64,000 bases of DNA from Camelus dromedarius. Taxonomy: Eukaryota. Positions 1 through 13,470 of the stretch are shown in pieces; position 1 is the first letter of the stretch; each line of letters opens with the position of its first letter. The DNA lies in assembly GCF_036321535.1 (NCBI RefSeq), contig NC_087437.1, forward strand, positions 80,416,001-80,480,000. The letters are read 5' to 3'. The notes beneath the pieces are model-generated. The model was not told the origin of the DNA and ran no database searches. It saw nothing but the letters and a program-made list of their open reading frames with translations. The position numbers and the translations under genes are program-made.

Positions 1-84
1 ACCCCTAAGACTGAGCAAGCTACCATGGGAAACTCAAGGGCATCAGAGGTCCCTGAATCCAACCCCTGGCACAGTCACTCACTA

Positions 85-245
85 GCCCTTTGACCTTGAC
101 CTTGAAGAATCTATTTTCATTTTCCTCATCTGCAAAATGAGCACGACAACAATATATTCTTTGTGGGACTGTTATGAGGACTAGAAAAAAATTTATGAAG
201 TACCTTGCTTAGCATAAAAAGGGCCCTCAAGCTTATCATTATTAC
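85..245 (+). mobile_element. MIR SINE fragment
   Basis: MIR core-like 'ttttcctcatctgcaaaatg...gttatgaggact'; boundaries approximate. Confidence 0.6.
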
Positions 246-427
246 TACTTCTACTATTATTTTTCTCTTCTTAAGTGCTTTTTTTAATCACTCCTGACAC
301 ATGTTCTGTGAACTGAGCAAAGAATTATATTGGGTTTTATTCCTTGCCCTCAAGGAAATGACATACTATGGGAAGTGTACATATTTTTATATCTAAGATT
401 GTATGTCCCTATTGTACTAGGAACTTT

Positions 428-888
428 TGTAGGCTTGACTCTTCCAAGAAACAGGTGCCAAAGTGAAATTAGTCATGCAGGAGATTTCTTGGGAGAAGTG
501 CCTGTGAAGAATTAAGAGAAGGGGCAGCAGGCGGCAGTGGGGAGAGTCTTCAAACCATGATGTAGGTCTGACACATGAGGGAAAAGAGGGGACAAGAAAG
601 AAGACAGGGTAATAGGAAGGCCAGACTGAAGGACAGCTTTGAGAAAGTCTAAGTCAGGTGGACTAGGAGTCCCCAGGCAAAGATCATCCATTAGAGGTGT
701 CCCGTGCTGGGTAGAAATGGCCACATTCCATCACTAGCTGAGAGAAGCACAAGAGGAGGGAGGCTTGGAAGGATGAAACAAGGGCTGATTGAAGGTGCTA
801 CAGCTGGAGACTGAGGACTGACCACAGGCCTTTCAGGAGGTTCTTGTGAAAGCTGAATTGAGCAGCACACCTCCACGGCCTCCACAGA
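428..888. mobile_element. Old MaLR (MLT1-type) LTR
   Basis: Motifs 'atgcaggagatttcttgggagaagtgcctgtga' and 'tgatgtaggtctgaca' resemble old MLT1 LTRs; ends in CCACA. Confidence 0.5.
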
Positions 889-1923
889 ACTCCCAAGGAC
901 AATAATTATTGGTATCATTACTTGTACTTGGTACATTCTCAAGAACTGTTTGTTGAAAACCGAGTTAAGTGCTGATTTTCAGCCTTCAGCAAGAAGAGCA
1001 ACCCATTTACTCAACCTAGATAGTTTTGATTTCATCATTTCCAAAGAGGGGAAATGTTTTCCACCATGATCACTAAATGACATGGCCCAGAAAATATTCC
1101 CATGGCCAAGAAGATTCCCAACCTGCAAACAAAAAGTGGGGTAGTGTGCTGAGGCCGTGAGCCAACAGCAACAGGAAGAAGTGTCAGGCAAAAGTGACTT
1201 TGACACCTAAATTAAACCCATCGTTGATTTGATTATCCCCTTAATTTCACGTGTCTCACACAGCCACAAGATGAAGCAATCAGGAGAGGGTGTGGCCTCA
1301 AAGCTAGAAATAAGATGGCAGATAAAGTGCTCCTGAAACAGACAAGAGAACAGAGAAAGCTTCAGGAGCCCAGGCTGGTGGGGAGATTTTAATCATGGAT
1401 GTGCACTTGCCTAAAAGCACGCCACAACTGGAAAGCAGGTTACCACAGCATCCACTGGAGTCATGAAAAGGGTAACTCCAGTTTCCAAAGAATCAAATAG
1501 CTAGTGGTGAGGCAAGAAGATGAGTCACAAATCTGAAAGAAAAGTGAGATCTTGATGCTAATAACAACAAATAAAGGAAGGCAGAGAGAGGAACAGTGTT
1601 CTAATTGGGTTCATTTTTCACTTTCACAAAGGTCAGCAATCTACTTCAATTTAAAAATTCTTTATTGAGCACCTGCTATACACAGGAAGTAGCAAGTTTT
1701 CAAGAACATTCACATGTCCAACCACCATGGCTGAGCACCCCTGCCCCACGTGCCAGGTCTGTGCTAGACTTTGGGGAAACAAAGAAAACCATTCCCAATG
1801 GCTGCCCTCATCCTGCCAAAGAGACAGACCCACAAGACAATTAAGATATACATGATACAGTGTGGGTTATGCAATGCCAGAGGAAGGTCTAAATGCTATG
1901 AGAACAGTCAAATGATGGTGATC

Positions 1924-2047
1924 AGGTAACTCATCATCCAAACCAGAATGCCTGGAAAATGGAAAAGGACAGTATCATTAATTACACTGGTACAACAGGC
2001 ATAATAAACTGGGACTGTTACTGGGCAAACCAGATGAACATGATCCT
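1924..2047. mobile_element. hAT MITE (MER96-like)
   Basis: 'catccaaacc...attacactggtacaacaggc...aaactgggactgtt..ctgggcaaacc' resembles recalled MER96. Confidence 0.5.
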
Positions 2048-2287
2048 CACCACAAGGAATCAAAGTCAGAAGAAAAGGAATAGCAGGAGAATGTGGGAAA
2101 AAAATGACAAAATACTAGAATGAAGAGGTTAAACTGTTCAAGAGAAAAGGGACAAGAGAGATAGGTAAGGCAGAGTATGACAAAGAAATAGCTTAATGGA
2201 GCTGTCGTAACTTTGAAGCTGGAATGATCTTGCAAATAAACTCAGTTTGACTGTGGAGAAACTAAGGAGGAGTAGGGAGGAGAAAAC

Positions 2288-2470
2288 CAGCATTTGTTAA
2301 GCACCCACAATGTGCTAAGCAATATGCCAAGGACTTAGAAAGCACGGTCTTATTTAGTCCAACATAAAAATAGGTCTAGTTATCCTCCGTTTACAGATGA
2401 AGACACTGAGGCTCAGTGAGACTAAGTGACAACTCAGATTGGAACATCTTCTTTGAATTCCAAAGTCTGT
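2288..2470 (-). mobile_element. MIR SINE
   Basis: 'tttacagatgaagacactgaggctcagtgagactaagtgac' is the reverse MIR core. Confidence 0.75.
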
Positions 2471-2564
2471 GCCTGTGAAATTAGCAGCACAGGCAGAATC
2501 GGGACCCGGGCATGTGACTTACAGGTTAGTGCTATTTTACTGCACTACAGGGCAAGTGAGTTTT

Positions 2565-3030
2565 CATTGGGTTGGAGAGTGTTCCCCCAAAATTCAGTCT
2601 CCCTGGAACCTCAGAGTGTGACCTTATTTGGTAATAGGGTCTTTGAAAAGTAACCAAGTTGAGGTCATACTGGATGAGGGTGGGCCCTGAATGAGTAACT
2701 GGCATCCTGAAAAGAAGAGGGATATTTTGAACATACACACACGAAGAGGAGAAAGCCACGCGAAGGCACAGACACAGAGAAAACCACCATGTAAACGCAG
2801 AAGCAGAGATTGGAGTGATATGCCTACAAGGAACACCAAGGATTTCGGGCAACCACCAGAAGCTAGAAGGAAGACAAGGAAGGATTCTTCCCTAGAGCCT
2901 TCCGAAGAAGCACGGCCCTTCCGACACCGTGATATCAGACTTCGGGCCTTCAGAACAGTAGGGGAATAATTTTGTTTTAAGCCACCAAGTTTGTGGTATT
3001 TCATTACAGCAGACCTAGTAGACTAATACA
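2565..3030 (+). mobile_element. MaLR solo LTR (MLT1B/C-like)
   Basis: 'gtgaccttatttggtaatagggtctttg', 'ccaccagaagctagaagga..caagga aggattcttccctagagcct', terminal 'actaataca'. Confidence 0.85.
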
Positions 3031-3454
3031 GAACTAAAGAAAGACACAGAAGGAGACAGCAGGAAGGGTAGACATGGAAGGAACGTTAAAGGAAAGTCAA
3101 TGGCAAAGAACCTGAGGCCAAGAGATTCTAAATGAAACATAACTGGAGCACAGGAAAAGGTGATGTCACCAAAACCCCAAAAACCAAAAATAGTTTCTTT
3201 GATTCCATGATGATACCACCCCTGGTCTCCAACCTCACCGTTCTCACCATTACTCCCGCCTGCATTTAAGGTGCCCCTAAGATCATTGGTCAGCTCTGCC
3301 CAAGTGAAAAAAAAAAAAAAAAGTAACAAAAGCTAGGAAAGAACTGACACAAGCTGCTGAGGGCACTAAAGCCTACACTGCTGCAAACGTCAGCTATGAA
3401 CAGTGAGTCACAGCTCTAAGCAGCAAAGCTGATGCTGATACGTCAAGGATAGAT

Positions 3455-5330
3455 GTGGTCATTTCTAATCAAAAACAGTAAGAGGATGTGCAAATACCAA
3501 GCTAATAGAGGGCAAAATGGAATAATGAAATACACAAAAATCTAAAACAAAATGTGACGAGGAAACAGAGCATTGAACAAGAGGGGAAATGGCAAAGATT
3601 AACATTCAAACCCAAATACAGCCATAATCACATTAAATGGAAATGAACTAAATAATCCAATCAGAATAAATGATTGTACTATTACATAAAGAAAACAAAG
3701 CACACTATGTAATGCTTACTAGAGATATATATAAAATATACGGATACAGAAAGATTGGAAGTCAAAAGAAGAGATATGTCATGCAACACTAAAACACTTC
3801 AAACTGTCTTTGGTTGCGTTCCCTCTGAAACAGGCTTAAGACAAATATTTGAGAACACATAGTTTATTTGGGAAGTGATTCCAGGAAGCTCCAGAAGGGG
3901 AATTGAGAAAGAAACTAATATTGGGTGTATTAGTGATTGAGTCCCCAGTGGGAAACTGGGGCTCAATCCCACTAAGAATCTTTGAGAGATGATACAGAAT
4001 ATTCCTCAGAGTTGTCCTATGCAATAGATTATGAAGCTAAAGTATTTATTTCCAGTCCCTCTCTGTCACTAGATAAGGGCTGCTCCTGGGGCATCCACCT
4101 CCCAGAACTTCTGACCAGCTTGCCCTGCACATAAACCAAGCTCACCAGAGAAAGCCCTCAGGTGGCGGGTCACAGGTGACTGAAGCAGAAAACCATCAGT
4201 GTGCACAGAAATGGTGAGAGCCAAGGGAATACAAGGATATTAATATGATCTGATACATACTTAAAAGAGTCTTCAAGGCAAAAAGCACTACTAAAGGTTA
4301 AGAGGGACACTGTATCAAAGTTTTCACTCACAAAAAAAAAATATGACAAATTCATATACCCCAATAACACAGGATCAGAACATAAGGCAAAAAAATGACA
4401 AAACTAAAAGGGAAAATTAAAAAATCCACAATCTTAGCAGATTTTAACATAGTTTTCTCAGTAACAGATAGAAAATACAAATAAAAATATTAGTAAAGAT
4501 ATCAAAGATCTGAACAGTACAATAAAGAAATTTAATTAACAGAGGATAGCTAACAACTTTAACATACATTCTTCAAGTATAAACATTTATAAAAATTGAG
4601 TCATAAACAAGTCTTAACACATTCCAAGGTTTAACATTACACAGAAAATGTCCTCTGACCATAGTTCAAGTAAGCTAGAATTAATAGCTAACAGATAACT
4701 GAAAATTCTACACACTTGGAAATTTAAAATGTACTTTTAACTATCCTATAGACTGATGAAAAAATTACAATGGAAATTAGAAAATATTGGACTAGTAATA
4801 ATGAAAGTGTGGCACATTAAAATTTATCAGATATATTTAAAGCTGTATTTAAAGGGATATGTATGACCTTAAATGTGTATTAGAAAAAAAGAAAGTGTAA
4901 AAAAATCAATGATCATCTCAAGAAAATAAAAATAGCAAATTAAAGCCAAGGACAGTAAAAGAAAGGAAATAGAAACAATGCAATAGGAGCAGATATTGAC
5001 AAAATAAACAAACTTTTAATAGAATCAGAGTCAGAAATTGGTTTTGTGAAATAATTAATAAATGTGTGAGACCCCTGAAAGACTGATCAAGATATAAAGA
5101 AAAAACATATAATCAAAATTAGGGAAGAAATAGAGCACATAATTATAGATCACTAAGAATCTCATTAGACAATATTATAAACTACTTCATATCAATCCAT
5201 ATTTTAATTTATGTGAAATTAACTTATTTCATTAAATAGTTCCTAGGAACTACATTTACCAAATCACAACTGAAGAAATAGAAAATCTGAATAGTCCTAT
5301 AACCATTAAAAGAATGGAAATATGAACCAA
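3455..5330 (+). mobile_element. Ancient degenerate L1 ORF2 5' region (endonuclease and downstream), interrupted by an LTR
   Basis: A-rich, with L1 ORF2 motifs 'cacattaaatggaaatgaactaaataatccaatca', 'tctgaccatag', 'gaagaaatagaaaatctgaatagtcctata'. Confidence 0.7.
3805..4230 (-). mobile_element. Old MaLR (MLT1H/I/J-like) LTR nested in L1
   Basis: 'tagtttatttgggaagtgattccaggaagc' motif; the L1 sequence resumes after about 4235. Confidence 0.6.
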
Positions 5331-6061
5331 CAAATTACCATATTTTACATTATTTGACTTGAGGTTTTGTCATCTGACTACCTATTAAATTTCTGACTAA
5401 TACAGGCATACAAATTAAAAATACAAATTTGGTTTTTCGTCATGATTAGTCATCACCACTAATTTTACAGTCATTTTTAAATAGAAGAAAAGGCATTTAT
5501 TACTCAAACCTAAGAGATTTGATGTACTAAAACAAGAGAGATGGTTAAATAATTTTAACATTTTACTGCAAAAATAAATGAAACACATGAAAAGTGAATA
5601 AAAGCCATATAATCTTTTCCCTATTAATAAGATAAAATAAACATTAATGTAAAATAATTTTAATCATATAATGTGGTCCATGCCATTTTATCTTCTTTTG
5701 GTAACAGACTTAAAATAGTATAAAATATGAGAAAATAGGAAAAAACAAAAATGGTCTTTGCCAGAAGTAGAAATAAATTTGAAGAGCTATAGAATGTCAA
5801 AGCTCTAAAGGAGAAGAAACGTAGGTCATGTCTGTGATATGTCTCAGTGATTTTCAAGACTGCCTTTCCAGTTTTTCTCCCTCTTTCCTTGCAAGGCCCC
5901 TTCACTCCCTTCAGACCCACCTACTCCCTCTGCAAGGCTCAGCACAGACAAAGATGACCTTCCCACACACCACCATGGTTGTTCTTTCTTCAGCTCCAAG
6001 GATTCATTGATGCTGATTTGGTGCTTATGATTAGCTTTAAAGAATATGAACATGTATGTAT

Positions 6062-6153
6062 TGAGATTGTCATTCTAAGTCAAGTGAGCCAGAAAGAGAA
6101 CAAAAAATACTATATGATATTACTCATATGTGGAATCCAAAAAAAGAGAAAAA

Positions 6154-6202
<49 letters not shown>

Positions 6203-6510
6203 ACACAAATAAACTTATTCACAAAACAGAAACAGACTTACAAACATAGAAAACAAGCTTATGGTTACCAGTGGGTGAAGAGGGTGGGAAGAGATAAACT
6301 GGCAGTTTGAGATTTGCAGATACTAACTATTGTATATAATATAAACAACAAATTTCTTCTGTATAGCACAGGGAACTATATTCAATATCTTGTAGTAACC
6401 TATAGTGAAAAAGAATATAATATACGTATGTACATGTATGACTGAAACATTATGCTGTACACCAGAAATTGACACATTGTAAACTGACTGCAATTCAATA
6501 AAAAACAAAA
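6062..6510 (+). mobile_element. 5'-truncated artiodactyl/camelid-type L1 3' end
   Basis: 'gtcattctaagt...ctgtatagcacagggaactatattcaatatcttgta...tgctgtacaccagaaattgaca' plus A-tail; degenerate TSD tatgYattgag (6055-6065 / 6514-6524). Confidence 0.9.
6155..6207. repeat. (CA)n microsatellite inside L1 3' UTR
   Basis: Direct observation. Confidence 0.95.
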
Positions 6511-6714
6511 TAATATGCATTGAGTTTTCCCATTACAAAAGCATGCCAAAAGCATACAAAAGAACTCGGAAAAGCAGCAGAAAAAAAGTCATCCACAGTC
6601 TCATGTCCCAGGGATACCTGCTAAGAGTTTGATGTATCTCCTTGCAAAGTTTTTGTTACCATTTTATGTGGTGGTAATCTTACTACATCACCACTAGGAC
6701 AAATAGATACCATC

Positions 6715-7225
6715 TGTTTCTTGATATGATGCACTGAGGACAGGAAACACTTCTATGGTATTCCACCCAAAAATACATAACCTTAATCAAATCACAGGGA
6801 CAAAATTTAACAAACCTAAATTGAGGGCAATTTTACAAAACAAATAGCCTGTACCTTCCCCCCCACCCCCAAAAAAAGTCAAGGTCATGAAAGACAAAGC
6901 AAGACTAATAAATAATTCCAGATTAAAGGAGACAAAAATACATGACAACTGAATGCAATGTTATTCTGAATCGGATCCTGGGCCAGAAAATGTTTTTTTT
7001 CTTCTTTTATTATTAATGGCATTAGTAAAACAATTGGAGAAATCTGAATAAGGTCTGTTGTTTTTATAATAGTACTATATCAATGATTATATATAAAATC
7101 CATTGATTTTAATAGTTATACAGTATTTACATAAAATAATGTCCTTGTTTTCAGGAAATGCACACTGAAATATTCAGCAGTAAAGAGATATTATGCCTGC
7201 CACTTACTCTCAATTGGCTCAGAAA
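6715..7225 (+). mobile_element. Ancient L1MC/L1ME-type 3' UTR fragment
   Basis: 'gtcaaggtcatgaaagacaaag', 'ttccagattaaaggagac', 'catgacaactgaatgcaatg', 'ggatcctgggccag'. Confidence 0.7.
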
Positions 7226-7731
7226 ATTAATAGCATGTGCATGTGTGTGCCCAGATCCACCTTGATCAGTTAGAGGGTGAGCTAAGTTATCCTGAAAATA
7301 GGAATAAAAACTAAATCAGTTTCAACCTCAGGAAATGTATTGGCTCCTTTTAAAAGCAAAAATTCTCATAGACCCCAAAAGTGACTTAAGAAACTGAAAC
7401 CTTTGTATTAGGAAAGTAATTGTGTCACCAAAATAAAATTTCTTTTTATTAAGATGAGTATAATTATCCCCACTTTAAGATAAGAGAAATCATTGTTGTC
7501 TTCCATGCTCCTTCCTATGTTCCACTGAAAGTTTTAAATATAAGGGTTATTTACTTATTTCATATGCTCAGTAACACTCTAGAGAACTGGGAGTCTATAG
7601 GGGGAAAAAAAGCAATGAAGTCATTCTCGGACTGAAAGAACATATAATCTAAGGAAGAATTAAGAACAATATCCAAGAAAAAAGAATCAAGTGCTTAGGC
7701 ACATACCCAAGTATATGTCATGGACCACTGG

Positions 7732-8347
7732 TGTTAGAGCAGGCAGATAGCTAGATATGAGCAGAAAAAGGGGGATGCAGGCCAAATGGCAGGAACTGGA
7801 CAAAAAGGGGGGGCACAGGCCAAATGCAGAAAACCATACATCATGTAAACAACAGGGGTCCCTGGGCAGACAGAGAAAAGCAGGAACCTCTGGGCTGATT
7901 TTCAGAGGGGAGCCGACAAAGAAAGGTGGGAAACGGCAGGAATCTCCAGTGTCCGTGTAACCTTTTGCTCATTATGCCCTCATTTCAATAAAATTAGCCC
8001 TGCAGATTAGCAGTATCCATCATGTACCAACACCATGACACTTCCGATCCAGACTAAATAAGGACAAAAATCCCTCCTCCCCTCGGGAAGGTGAAGCTGG
8101 AATGAAAATCAGGGACTACAACCCCAAACCCTTCCCTCCCCAATGAATATTCTGCCTGTTCATTTTTACACCCTATGGAACCAACTTGTCGAAGAAACTC
8201 AGCACAGTTGCTCACCTGAGCCTGCCTGCTCTCCCCTTGAGAGTGCACTATCCATCCTTTCATAAATCGCCACTTTACTTTCTTAACCTCCATGTCTCGT
8301 CTCTGAATTCTTTCTGGGACGAGACAAGAACCTAATCACCGACAACA
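7732..8347 (+). mobile_element. ERV1-class solo LTR
   Basis: TGTT...AACA termini; internal direct repeats (aaaagggggg..caggccaaatg); U5-like 'ctctgaattctttctgggacgagacaagaacc'. Confidence 0.8.
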
Positions 8348-8631
8348 CTAACGCAGTACAAGTTCAGATTTCTCCAAATTCTAAGGCCCTTATAAAGTGA
8401 TTCCAGGTGGTAGGTGAGAAGCGACTGTATTCCTTTTAAGGCAGTTCCCTAAGCCCAGGCACAAAGGTTTCCCATTGTTCTTTCATCTAAGAAGACAAAA
8501 TTAAAATGCAATTGTTTAGAGAAAAGACAGACTGGGAATCTGAGATACAACTGCATGCCCTGCTTTAGACTTAAGTTCCCATCCACATCACCTCAAATCA
8601 CCTTTCAAGGAGAAGAGCATCTCACGCATAT

Positions 8632-8850
8632 GGCCTTTGGTTCCAGGTGGCGTGCATCCAGTTTCAGGCTTGGCCACTTACCAGCTGTGTCACCTTAGGG
8701 AAAGTCATATCCTCTCTAAACTTCAATTTCTTTGCCAACACAACAGAGGTGCCAATAACTAACTCACAGAGATTTTTGTGAAGACTGAATGATTTTACAT
8801 ATAAAGCTTTTAACCCTGTAGATGGCCCAATAATACTTAATAAGTGCTGT
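8632..8850 (+). mobile_element. MIR SINE
   Basis: 'gccacttaccagctgtgtcaccttagggaaagtca..cctctctaaacttcaatttc'. Confidence 0.75.
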
Positions 8851-9529
8851 TTTACTCCCCATCAGAAGCCCCTCCCAGGTTTATTAGGAAAGCTGTTGCA
8901 TAAGAAGCCCAGAGGCGCCCAAGTTCTGCATTCAAAGACTTCTCTGGGATGAGAAAACTTAAAGAAACTGCTTTCAGCCTCTAGATTTGGACCCCTTTCC
9001 ATCCTTGATTTGGATATCAGGCCGCTGTGGCCAGGCTGTGACTCAGGGAAGAAAAGGCAGACCCCTGCTCTCAGTAAGACCAAGACAGTCCCAGCCATAG
9101 CACTTAAACACACCCCAGGCCAGCACAAACACCAATGTAAAGTGACGTTAGCTGCCTTGCAGTATTTCCCTCCTCCCTACCTCCCCAACATCCCCTTCAG
9201 CCTCAAGGCCTCATAAGAATTCCGTGTCCTCTGTTGTTATCCTCTGCCCTTATTTGATTTAATCTGATGAAACAGGGTAGGGAGATTAAAGGGCTCTCAA
9301 GTATAATTTATCCCATTCATTCCCTTGATGGTTATGTATGTGGGAACTGAATCTCAGAAAGGCCAAGAGGCTTGGCCCAAAGTCCAGCAGAATGGAATCT
9401 AGGATCCAATTCCCAGGTCTTTACTCTTCCCTGTACTAAATGCTGCCTCTCTAGCACCTCTGGCCTCTGAATTATTTCATCTTCTACAGAGAATGGGATT
9501 CTTTCTTAAGAAAGATCTTTGAACTATAG

Positions 9530-10020
9530 TGTATTAGATTCCTATGACTGCTGTAACTAATTACTATCAACTTGGGGCCTTAAAACAACACAAATGTATT
9601 CTCTTACAATTCTGGAGGCCAGCAGCCTGAAATCAACTTCACAAGGAGAAAAGTAAGGCGTCAGTGGGGCCATGCTCCCTCTAAGGGCTCTAGGAGAGAA
9701 CTCTTTTCCTTGCCTTTTCTGGTTTCTAGGAGCCACCTGAATTCCTCAGTTTATGGTTCCTTCCTCCATTTTCAAAGCCAACAGTGTAGCATCTTCTCTT
9801 CCTTCTGCTCCCATCACATGATCTCATCTGTGTCCAAATTCCCTCTGCTTCCTCCTCATAAGGTCACCTGTGATTGTATTTAGTGCCCACCTGATAACCC
9901 AGGATACTCTCCTCATCATTAATCACGTCTGCAAAGTATCCTTTGCACTAGAAGGTACCATTCACAGGTTCCAGGGATTAAGACCTGGTTATCACTGGGG
10001 CTGTTATTCAGGCTACCACA
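9530..10020 (-). mobile_element. MaLR solo LTR (MLT1B/C-like)
   Basis: Starts 'tgtattagattcctatgactgctgtaac', contains 'ttaaaacaacacaaatgtattctcttacaattctggaggccag', ends 'ctaccaca'. Confidence 0.85.
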
Positions 10021-10801
10021 CGTGGTAACTCATTAAATGAAATGGATACAAATGGTCATTTTCATGTTATGTACATTTTACAACAATAAAAATAATAATA
10101 AAAACTTATTTTTAAGGACCTGGCCATGGTGTAACATCTCTGGTATCCTACATGAAGCCAGTAATGCCAGACACACAGTAGGTAGCTAAAAAATATTTGC
10201 TTAATAATTAATCAGCTAGTATGTTTCTCAGTTTATATGATCTTTGTTTTTACATGCACAGGAAAGGGAAGGGAAAACAAAGGAGAAAAACATATACTTA
10301 GCACCTACTATGTCCCAAACATTGCTAACGGGTTAATTTACCATCATTCACTTAATCCTTAAAGGCTCATAAAATTCAAAAAGAACTTCCCGTCATAATC
10401 AAGACTCCAATTGGGCATCCTACTTTGTTCACTTATTGCCAGTATTTTTACATGTTATATCATCTTCATAGTTACCATGAAGCCAACATGTGATGTGATT
10501 TTGAGTCAGTTTCCATCCAGGTGACTTCTGTAGGATAAGCCTAACCCCACTGGCAACCAAAATCACAGGATTCAACTTGGGGCCCCCAGGTAGCTCTACA
10601 ATACGAGACTTCTCAGGATTATCTTCAGGGCTGCCCCCGCTAACACCAGACAGACGAGCAGGTAGAGAGGCTCTTCATGAGAAGAACTCTGAATACATCT
10701 ACTTATTCACTTTTACAGTCAGTCTAGAGCCTGAACATCTTGGCCAGAAGTGGTGGGAGGGTGACAATGAAGATTTTATCAAAGGTATATGGATCAGAGA
10801 C

Positions 10802-11161
10802 TGTCTGAGCTCAGGCCTAAAACAAAACAAAAGGTGGCTCAAACGATAGACATTTATTTCTCACAGTCTTGGAGGCTGAAAAGTACAAGATCGAGGTGCC
10901 AGCAGATCTGGTTCTCTGTGAGAGCCTGTTCTCTGATTTGCAGACAGCCACCTTCCTGATGTGTCTTGACATTGTGGAGAGAGACCTCCAGTCTCCCTTT
11001 CTTTTCTCACAAGGACACTAATGCCATCAAGGGGCCCCCTTCAAGACTTCATCTAAACAGAATTACCTCCCAAAGGTGCCACCTCCAAAATACCATCACA
11101 TTGGGGATTAGGACATCAATATATGCATTTAGAAGGTAACACAAACATTCAGTCCATGACC
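10802..11161 (-). mobile_element. MaLR solo LTR (MLT1A-like)
   Basis: 'acatttatttctcacagtcttggaggctg...caagatcgaggtgccagcagat', 'acaaacattcagtccat'. Confidence 0.8.
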
Positions 11162-11379
11162 GAGACCCAAATCAAGAGGTTTGGCTTGGAGAAACTGGTG
11201 CCAAGCATGTAATTGTATTCTATATGGAGAGATATAAGTAAATTCCTATATTTTGCAGGTGGCTAGCATAATGAAGGGAAAAACAAAAACAAAAACCAAA
11301 CTGCCTCTCAGTGTTCTTAAGACTAAATGATTCCAGTTTCTTTAACTTTTACCTATGTGTCAACTTTAAATAAAAACAA

Positions 11380-11725
11380 AAGCATTGGAAAGAGACCCAA
11401 AGGATTTGAGGTCAAATCCCAATTTTACCACCTAATACACAAATGATCTTGACAAGTTATTTCATCTCTTTGGATCTCAATTTCATCATCTACAAAATGA
11501 CAGCTGGCTGGAGGTATAGTTTTAGAAGCAGCTTGCCTAGAAACAAATATGGCTCGTCAACCTGCTAGCACAGGGGCCACAGACAGCCTTGCTTCCTTTG
11601 GGCTTTAGTTTTCTAAGCTAGAAGGTAAGAATAATAATATCAAACTAATGTGTTTAATGAGGATTAAACAAGTTAATGCTTGTAAAGCCCTTGGGACTAT
11701 ATCCAGTACATAAGATACGGATAAA
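11380..11725 (+). mobile_element. MIR fragments (two pieces)
   Basis: 'tctttggatctcaatttcatcatctacaaaatg' and 'tgaggattaaacaagttaatgcttgtaaagc'. Confidence 0.6.
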
Positions 11726-11785
11726 AATTTATTTTTACCAGTATTATAGGTGCTCAAATTTCTCTTAAAAAAAAAAAAAGCCCCA

Positions 11786-11935
11786 GGAGGAGGGTATAGC
11801 TCAGTGGTAGAGCCCGTGTTTAGCATGCACGTGGTCCTGGGATCAATTTCCAGTACCTCCATTTAAAAATAAATAAAAATAAATAAACCTAATTACTTCC
11901 TCCCCAAAAACAAAAAATAGCAGAAATTTAAAAAC
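11786..11935 (+). mobile_element. tRNA-derived SINE (camelid Vic-1-like)
   Basis: A-box 'tagctcagtgg', B-box-like 'ggatcaatttcc', 'cagtacctcc', A-rich linker, 'aaacctaattac' tail module. Confidence 0.85.
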
Positions 11936-13470
11936 GTTTTGGACGTATTTCCTTCTATAAAGCCTGCTACCAGAGGGGACTGAATCCTTTAAACACAAAC
12001 AACACACCACAGTTTTGCCTTTGATAGTTGGGCCTATTTAACATAAAATGTAAACATTGGTGTAAATTCTTTTAATAGAAATGTTAAAGAAGTTTACTGT
12101 TTAAATGATTTCCAGTGGAGCCCAGGAAATTCTTAGATTATTTCTGCTGCCAAATTGAACAAAATAAAAGCCTAACATGCAATTTAAATGCCCTAATACT
12201 TTAGAAAGGCTTCTTTTAATTTCCTATCTCCAATAACAAAGAGATATTGCTTCAGGAAAGAATAGAGAAGCCACATGGCTATTACCTGTTGCCATGTTTG
12301 TCACATCACAGTAGGATGTAATGGCTGAGATAAAGTCCTGCAGGCCTGACTAGTTCTACTGTTTGGAAGAAAGTGATAAGGAATGGGAGCCACGGCCACA
12401 AGGATGCCAAGGGTTGAGCAATGAAGGGATGTTCTATTAGAATCAGAGGTTCTTCTCTTCTTTCTGCTCTTCAGCCATACCACCCCTGCCTCTATTCCTG
12501 CCATGGTTTCCAAAACTACAAACTCAAAGAAAGCTTATGTGAAATGAAAGAAGGAACTAACATAGCACATGAATTAAGTAAGCTGGCTGTTCACTCTTGC
12601 TTGGGTCCACTAATAGATTCAGAGGTTTCTGTTTGTGGCCACAAAGCAACATAAATGGCAAACCCATAATTTTGTCAGGCTCATTAGGCTGCTTTGGGTA
12701 GAGATATATCCTGAGGAATATTGAAGAAGCCTGGAAAGAGATACTTTGGGGAAAATCTCAAAAACTACTATGTAGTTGACAGATTATTGTTGAGTCCCCT
12801 GCTCTGTTCCAGAATGAGACAACATCTCTCAACCTAGCTTTAACTCAGAACTCGTTCCAACTCAGATGATTGATTCCCTATCTTGAAATAAGTTCAAGTC
12901 TAAATTTAAAGGAACGTAGGCTACATGTCTATTTGTCAACCTGGGTTTTCACTACAGTTGACACATCATTTACTAAGGACAAATTCCACCCTCACCAGAT
13001 CTTTTGCTTTCAGCATAATGCAGACCAAACCACATTCTAACAGAATAGAAGCAATACGAGTCAACGAGGCAGAAAGAAGGGAGTCCAGGGCTAGAAGTAA
13101 ATGATTCAAAAAACATAAGTGGACACGCTTAAGCCCTTCTTAAACTTTCTCATGATTTATCTCATATAGAATTACAAGGAACCAGTGAAAAACCCTTTCA
13201 GCAAAATTTGAAAGTTTAAGTTACTAAGAAGGTCACTTGATCTTGCAGATTATGAAAAGAATGAAATGGGACTGTGGAACCACGTGAAGGCTAGCTGACC
13301 CAGGTTCACAGGCAAAACCAATTAACCTCTAACTGACTCATACTGGGCCACCAAGACTTAACAAAGTATCAGAGCATCAGGAGTTTTTAAAAAGTCAGTT
13401 AAGTGATTTAACAAGCTGTGTTGACTAAGATCCCGTCCTTGGTTACACTGAGCCCTTCTGCAATGTCCTC

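Noticed and set aside
11786..11860. tRNA-like sequences (also at 13560, 27505 and 29240)
   Set aside because: They have A-rich tails, mostly visible TSDs and broken stems, so they are SINE heads and not tRNA genes.
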